Part shown: positions 60,772 through 64,000 of the stretch, one piece after another | Position numbering within the stretch: the first letter of the stretch is position 1 | How the letters are laid out: every line of letters begins with the position of its first letter | Assembly (NCBI GenBank): GCA_965250285.1 | Contig: OZ252299.1 | Location: 5,920,001-5,984,000 of the forward strand | Source of the DNA: Myxococcota bacterium | Lineage (GTDB): Bacteria > Myxococcota_A > UBA9160 > UBA4427 | Length of the DNA stretch: 64,000 nt | Reading direction: 5' to 3' | Program-made: the position numbers and the translations under genes | Notes under the pieces: model-generated | Told to the model about the DNA's origin: nothing | The model's input: only the letters and a program-made list of their open reading frames with translations | The model's database searches: none

Positions 60772-62202
60772 ATGGCGCAGCCGCCCCCCACGCCCGAATC
60801 GAAGTCGACCGCAGCCACGCGCCGCGTGCTGGTCGTCGACGACAGCGAGGGGATCCGCGCGTACCTGGCCGATCTGGTCGAGTCGTGGGGCTACGAGGTC
60901 GACACCGCCGAAGACGGGCAGGGCGCGCTCAGCCTGCTCGAAGCCGGTGCTTCGCCCGATCTCGTTCTGCTCGACGTCATGATGCCGCGGGTCGACGGGC
61001 TCGAAGCACTGCGGCGCATGCGCGCTCAGGAATTCACGGTGCCGGTGATCATCCTGTCGGTGGTCGGCAAGGCCGCGACCATCGTCGAGGCGATGCAGGC
61101 CGGCGCGACCGACTACATGAACAAGCCCTTCGAAGAAGACGAGCTGCGCGAGGCCGTCGAGCGCGCGATGCCCGATGCGCCGGGGCGCACGGGCGACGCC
61201 GGCACCGATGATCCGATCGGGTCGACGGTGTGGCACGGCCAGGCGATGCGCGAGATTCGCGACGTCATCGACCAGATCTCCGACACCGACGTGACGGTGT
61301 TGATTCAGGGCGAGAGCGGCACGGGCAAGGAGAACGTCGCACGCGCGGTGCACGCGCGGTCGACCCGGGCCAAGGAGCGCTTCGTCAAGGTGAACTGTGC
61401 GGCGCTGCCCGAAGGCCTGCTCGAGAGCGAGCTCTTCGGCTACGAGAAGGGCGCGTTCACCGGGGCCGGCGGACGCAAGCCCGGCAAGTTCGAGGTCGCC
61501 GACGGCGGCACGATCTTTCTCGACGAGATCGGCGAGATGAGTCCGGGCCTGCAGGCGAAGCTGCTGCAGGTGCTCCAGGAAAGCCGCTTCGCGCGGCTGG
61601 GCGGCAATGAAGAGGTCGAGGTCGACGTGCGCGTCGTATGCGCGACGCATCAGCCGCTGACCGAGATGATCGCCGACAATCGCTTCCGCGAAGATCTCTA
61701 CTTCCGGCTGAACGTCGTGAACCTGCAGCTGCCGCCGCTGCGCGAGCGCCGTGAAGAGATTCCCGCGCTCGTCGACACCTTCACGCGGCGCTATGCGCGC
61801 GCGTACCAGAAGCCGGCTGCCGCCCCGTCACCGACCCTCGTCGAGCTCTTCGACCGGTATCCGTTCCCGGGCAACGTCCGTGAGCTCGAGAACATGATCA
61901 AGCGCATGATCGTGCTCGGTGGCGAAGAGACGATCCAGGCCGAGCTGCGCCGTTTCGAATCGGGGGAGCGCAAGCGCGGGGGCGCCTTTCAGGCGCTGCT
62001 CGAAGAGATCGAGGAGACCGCGGGCGAGCTGCCGTTGCGCGAAGTCGGCCGGCGCGCGGCCCTTCAGGTCGAGCGCGAGGCGATCAGCCACGTCCTCGAC
62101 CAGACCGGCTGGAACCGCAAGCAGGCCGCGGCCCGCCTCGGCGTGTCGTACAAGACGCTGCTCCAGAAGATTCGAGAGTGTGAGCTCGAAGCCGGGGGCT
62201 GA
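60772..62202 (+). CDS. Sigma54-dependent NtrC-family response regulator
   Basis: REC domain (VDD, LDVMMP), GESGTGKE, ESELFGYEKGAFTGA, FLDEIGE, FREDLYFRLNV and Fis-type HTH. Confidence 0.96.
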   Translation: MAQPPPTPESKSTAATRRVLVVDDSEGIRAYLADLVESWGYEVDTAEDGQGALSLLEAGASPDLVLLDVMMPRVDGLEALRRMRAQEFTVPVIILSVVGKAATIVEAMQAGATDYMNKPFEEDELREAVERAMPDAPGRTGDAGTDDPIGSTVWHGQAMREIRDVIDQISDTDVTVLIQGESGTGKENVARAVHARSTRAKERFVKVNCAALPEGLLESELFGYEKGAFTGAGGRKPGKFEVADGGTIFLDEIGEMSPGLQAKLLQVLQESRFARLGGNEEVEVDVRVVCATHQPLTEMIADNRFREDLYFRLNVVNLQLPPLRERREEIPALVDTFTRRYARAYQKPAAAPSPTLVELFDRYPFPGNVRELENMIKRMIVLGGEETIQAELRRFESGERKRGGAFQALLEEIEETAGELPLREVGRRAALQVEREAISHVLDQTGWNRKQAAARLGVSYKTLLQKIRECELEAGG

Positions 62203-62289
62203 TCCCGCGAGCGCCCACCCTGCTAGCTTTCGCGCGGATTCGGATCGGTCGCCTCACGCTCGTGGGTCGATCGCGCAGGGAACCAGGTG

Positions 62290-63297
62290 ATGAAGATCCT
62301 CGTGACGGGCTCCGCCGGGTTCATCGGCGCCGCCGTCGCCGAGCGGCTGCTCGAGCGCGGTGATACGGTGATCGGCGTCGACTGCGTCAACGACTACTAC
62401 GCCGTCGAGCTCAAGCACGCTCGGCTCGATCGGCTGACGCCGCATGCCGGCTTCACGGACCTGCGTTTCGAGCTCGAGGACGACGCGCAGCTGCGCGCAG
62501 CGTTCGAGACCCACCGCCCCGACCGCGTCGTTCACATGGCTGCCCAGGCCGGCGTGCGGTACTCGCTCGAGAACCCGGCGGCGTATCTCTCGTCGAACCT
62601 GGTCGGGTTCGGCAACGTGCTCGAGGCCTGTCGCCATCACCAGGTCGAGCACCTCGTGTACGCGTCGAGCAGCTCGGTCTACGGCGCCAACGAGGCGAGC
62701 CCCTTCTCGGTGCACGACAACGTCGACCACCCGGTCAGCCTCTATGCGGCGACGAAGAAGTCGAACGAGCTGATGGCGCACGCGTACAGCCATCTCTTCG
62801 GGCTGCCGACGACGGGCCTGCGCTTCTTCACCGTCTACGGCCCCTGGGGCCGCCCCGACATGTCGCCCTTCATCTTCATTCGTCGCATCCTCGCCGGTGA
62901 GCCGCTCGACGTCTTCAACTACGGGCGGCATCGGCGCGACTTCACGTACATCGACGATATCGTCGAAGGCGTGATTCGCACGCTCGACCGCGTCGCCGAG
63001 CCGAATGCAGACTGGTCGGGCGAGTCACCCGATCCGGCGACGAGTCGGGCGCCCTGGCGCGTCTACAACATCGGCAGCAACGATCCGGTCGAGCTCCTGC
63101 GTTACATCGAGGTGTTCGAGGCCTGCCTGGGCATGGAGGCGAAGAAGAATCTCCTGCCGCTGCAGCCCGGCGACGTGATCGATACGTATGCCGACGTGCA
63201 GGCCCTCGTCGACGACGTTGGATATCGCCCTTCGACCTCGATCGAAGAAGGTGTGGCGAAGTTCGTCGAGTGGTACCGGGCGTTCTACGGGGTGTGA
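62290..63297 (+). CDS. NAD-dependent epimerase (UDP-glucuronate 4-epimerase-like)
   Basis: TGSAGFIG, AAQAGVRYS, YASSSSVYG, YAATKK and RFFTVYGPWGRPDM. Confidence 0.95.
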   Translation: MKILVTGSAGFIGAAVAERLLERGDTVIGVDCVNDYYAVELKHARLDRLTPHAGFTDLRFELEDDAQLRAAFETHRPDRVVHMAAQAGVRYSLENPAAYLSSNLVGFGNVLEACRHHQVEHLVYASSSSVYGANEASPFSVHDNVDHPVSLYAATKKSNELMAHAYSHLFGLPTTGLRFFTVYGPWGRPDMSPFIFIRRILAGEPLDVFNYGRHRRDFTYIDDIVEGVIRTLDRVAEPNADWSGESPDPATSRAPWRVYNIGSNDPVELLRYIEVFEACLGMEAKKNLLPLQPGDVIDTYADVQALVDDVGYRPSTSIEEGVAKFVEWYRAFYGV

Positions 63298-63370
63298 TGC
63301 GCTGCGCCCGAGGGATGCGTCGGCGGGCGCGTGCCTCGATGGATCGAACGAAGGGCGAACCTGGCGCGGG

Positions 63371-64000
63371 TCATCCCGAGCGCCCGCGACGCCTTCGCGT
63401 GCGGACGGCGAGGCCCACACCGCCGACGATGATCAGGATGACACTGGGCCAGGCCACCCAGGGGTAGCGCGCGAAGAGGATGCGGGCGGCGTACGCAAAG
63501 TGGCGCGGTCGAAGACGCTGGAACTTCTCGAGGTTGAGCTTGCGCAGCGAGTTCCAGAACAGATCGGCGGTGCGATCGTCGCTGAAGTAGTCGCCGGCGT
63601 CGGGATCTGATCGAAGCGCCAGCTCGCGAGCGAAGTCGTTCGTGCTCGATGCATCGAGCGGGCCGTACGGGCCGTTCACCCAATCAGCGCCAAACGGGAT
63701 GGCGACGATCTGCTCGATCCCCGAGGCGCCGACCCCGGCGACCACGTGCATGCCCACCGGCTCGGTGTTCGGGCCCTTGTACGAGAACAAGTGGTTGCCG
63801 GTGCCGAAGAGCACCGGGACGCCCTGGATCTCGCGGAAGCCCTTCACGAAGTGCGCGCCGCTGCACACGACGAGGTCGGCGCCGGTCTCGATCACCGATT
63901 CGACGAGTTCGATCTCGTGGGGGCTCGGGAATCGACTGAGTGATCCGAGGTGGATGAAGGCGATCCGGAGGTCAGCACCCTGGGCCGCGCGTCGCACGCG
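63371..64000 (-). CDS. CapA-family (metallophosphoesterase-like) protein, 3' part with C-terminal TM
   Basis: FIHLG, GADLVVCSGAH..KG and PVLFGTGNHLF resemble the CapA motifs HWG, GADLVIGHHPH and YSLGNF. Truncated by the window edge. Confidence 0.65.
   Translation of the reverse strand, partial: RVRRAAQGADLRIAFIHLGSLSRFPSPHEIELVESVIETGADLVVCSGAHFVKGFREIQGVPVLFGTGNHLFSYKGPNTEPVGMHVVAGVGASGIEQIVAIPFGADWVNGPYGPLDASSTNDFARELALRSDPDAGDYFSDDRTADLFWNSLRKLNLEKFQRLRPRHFAYAARILFARYPWVAWPSVILIIVGGVGLAVRTRRRRGRSG

Overview
High-GC (roughly 70%) bacterial chromosome window. The gene repertoire (PEP-CTERM protein, Hanks kinase, F420-type LLM enzyme, paired HtrA proteases) is suggestive of Myxococcota/Deltaproteobacteria, which is an inference. 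Bases 1-10.8 kb are an accessory region next to the 3' end of tRNA-Thr(CGT). It holds a CYP153-like P450 (partial), TetR, a GGDEF-EAL protein, a 2.06-kb islet (ARPP-1/DUF6569 plus MerR-HTH) bracketed by a 43-bp direct repeat of the EAL gene's 3' end, a CSLREA/PEP-CTERM protein and an NHL lipoprotein. The remainder is mostly core genes: ilvE-like aminotransferase, trpS, a RapA-like helicase, clpB, two htrA, galK, thiSGE, alr, purH, purD, tsaC, dciA, rpsP-khpA-rimM-trmD-rplS, yraN, rsmI, ligA, an NtrC-family regulator and an epimerase. The most interesting locus is 29995-33373. There an Elp3-type radical-SAM/KAT enzyme sits head-to-head with a methyltransferase carrying Trm9/ALKBH8 signature motifs, and that methyltransferase is translationally coupled to a methylesterase-like hydrolase. 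Together they form a candidate eukaryote-style (m)cm5U34 tRNA-modification module in a bacterium. Other highlights are a Ser/Thr kinase with eukaryotic receptor topology, two unannotated small ORFs, a 118-bp inverted-repeat element and several operator-like palindromes. All family calls come from motif recognition by eye; no database searches were run.
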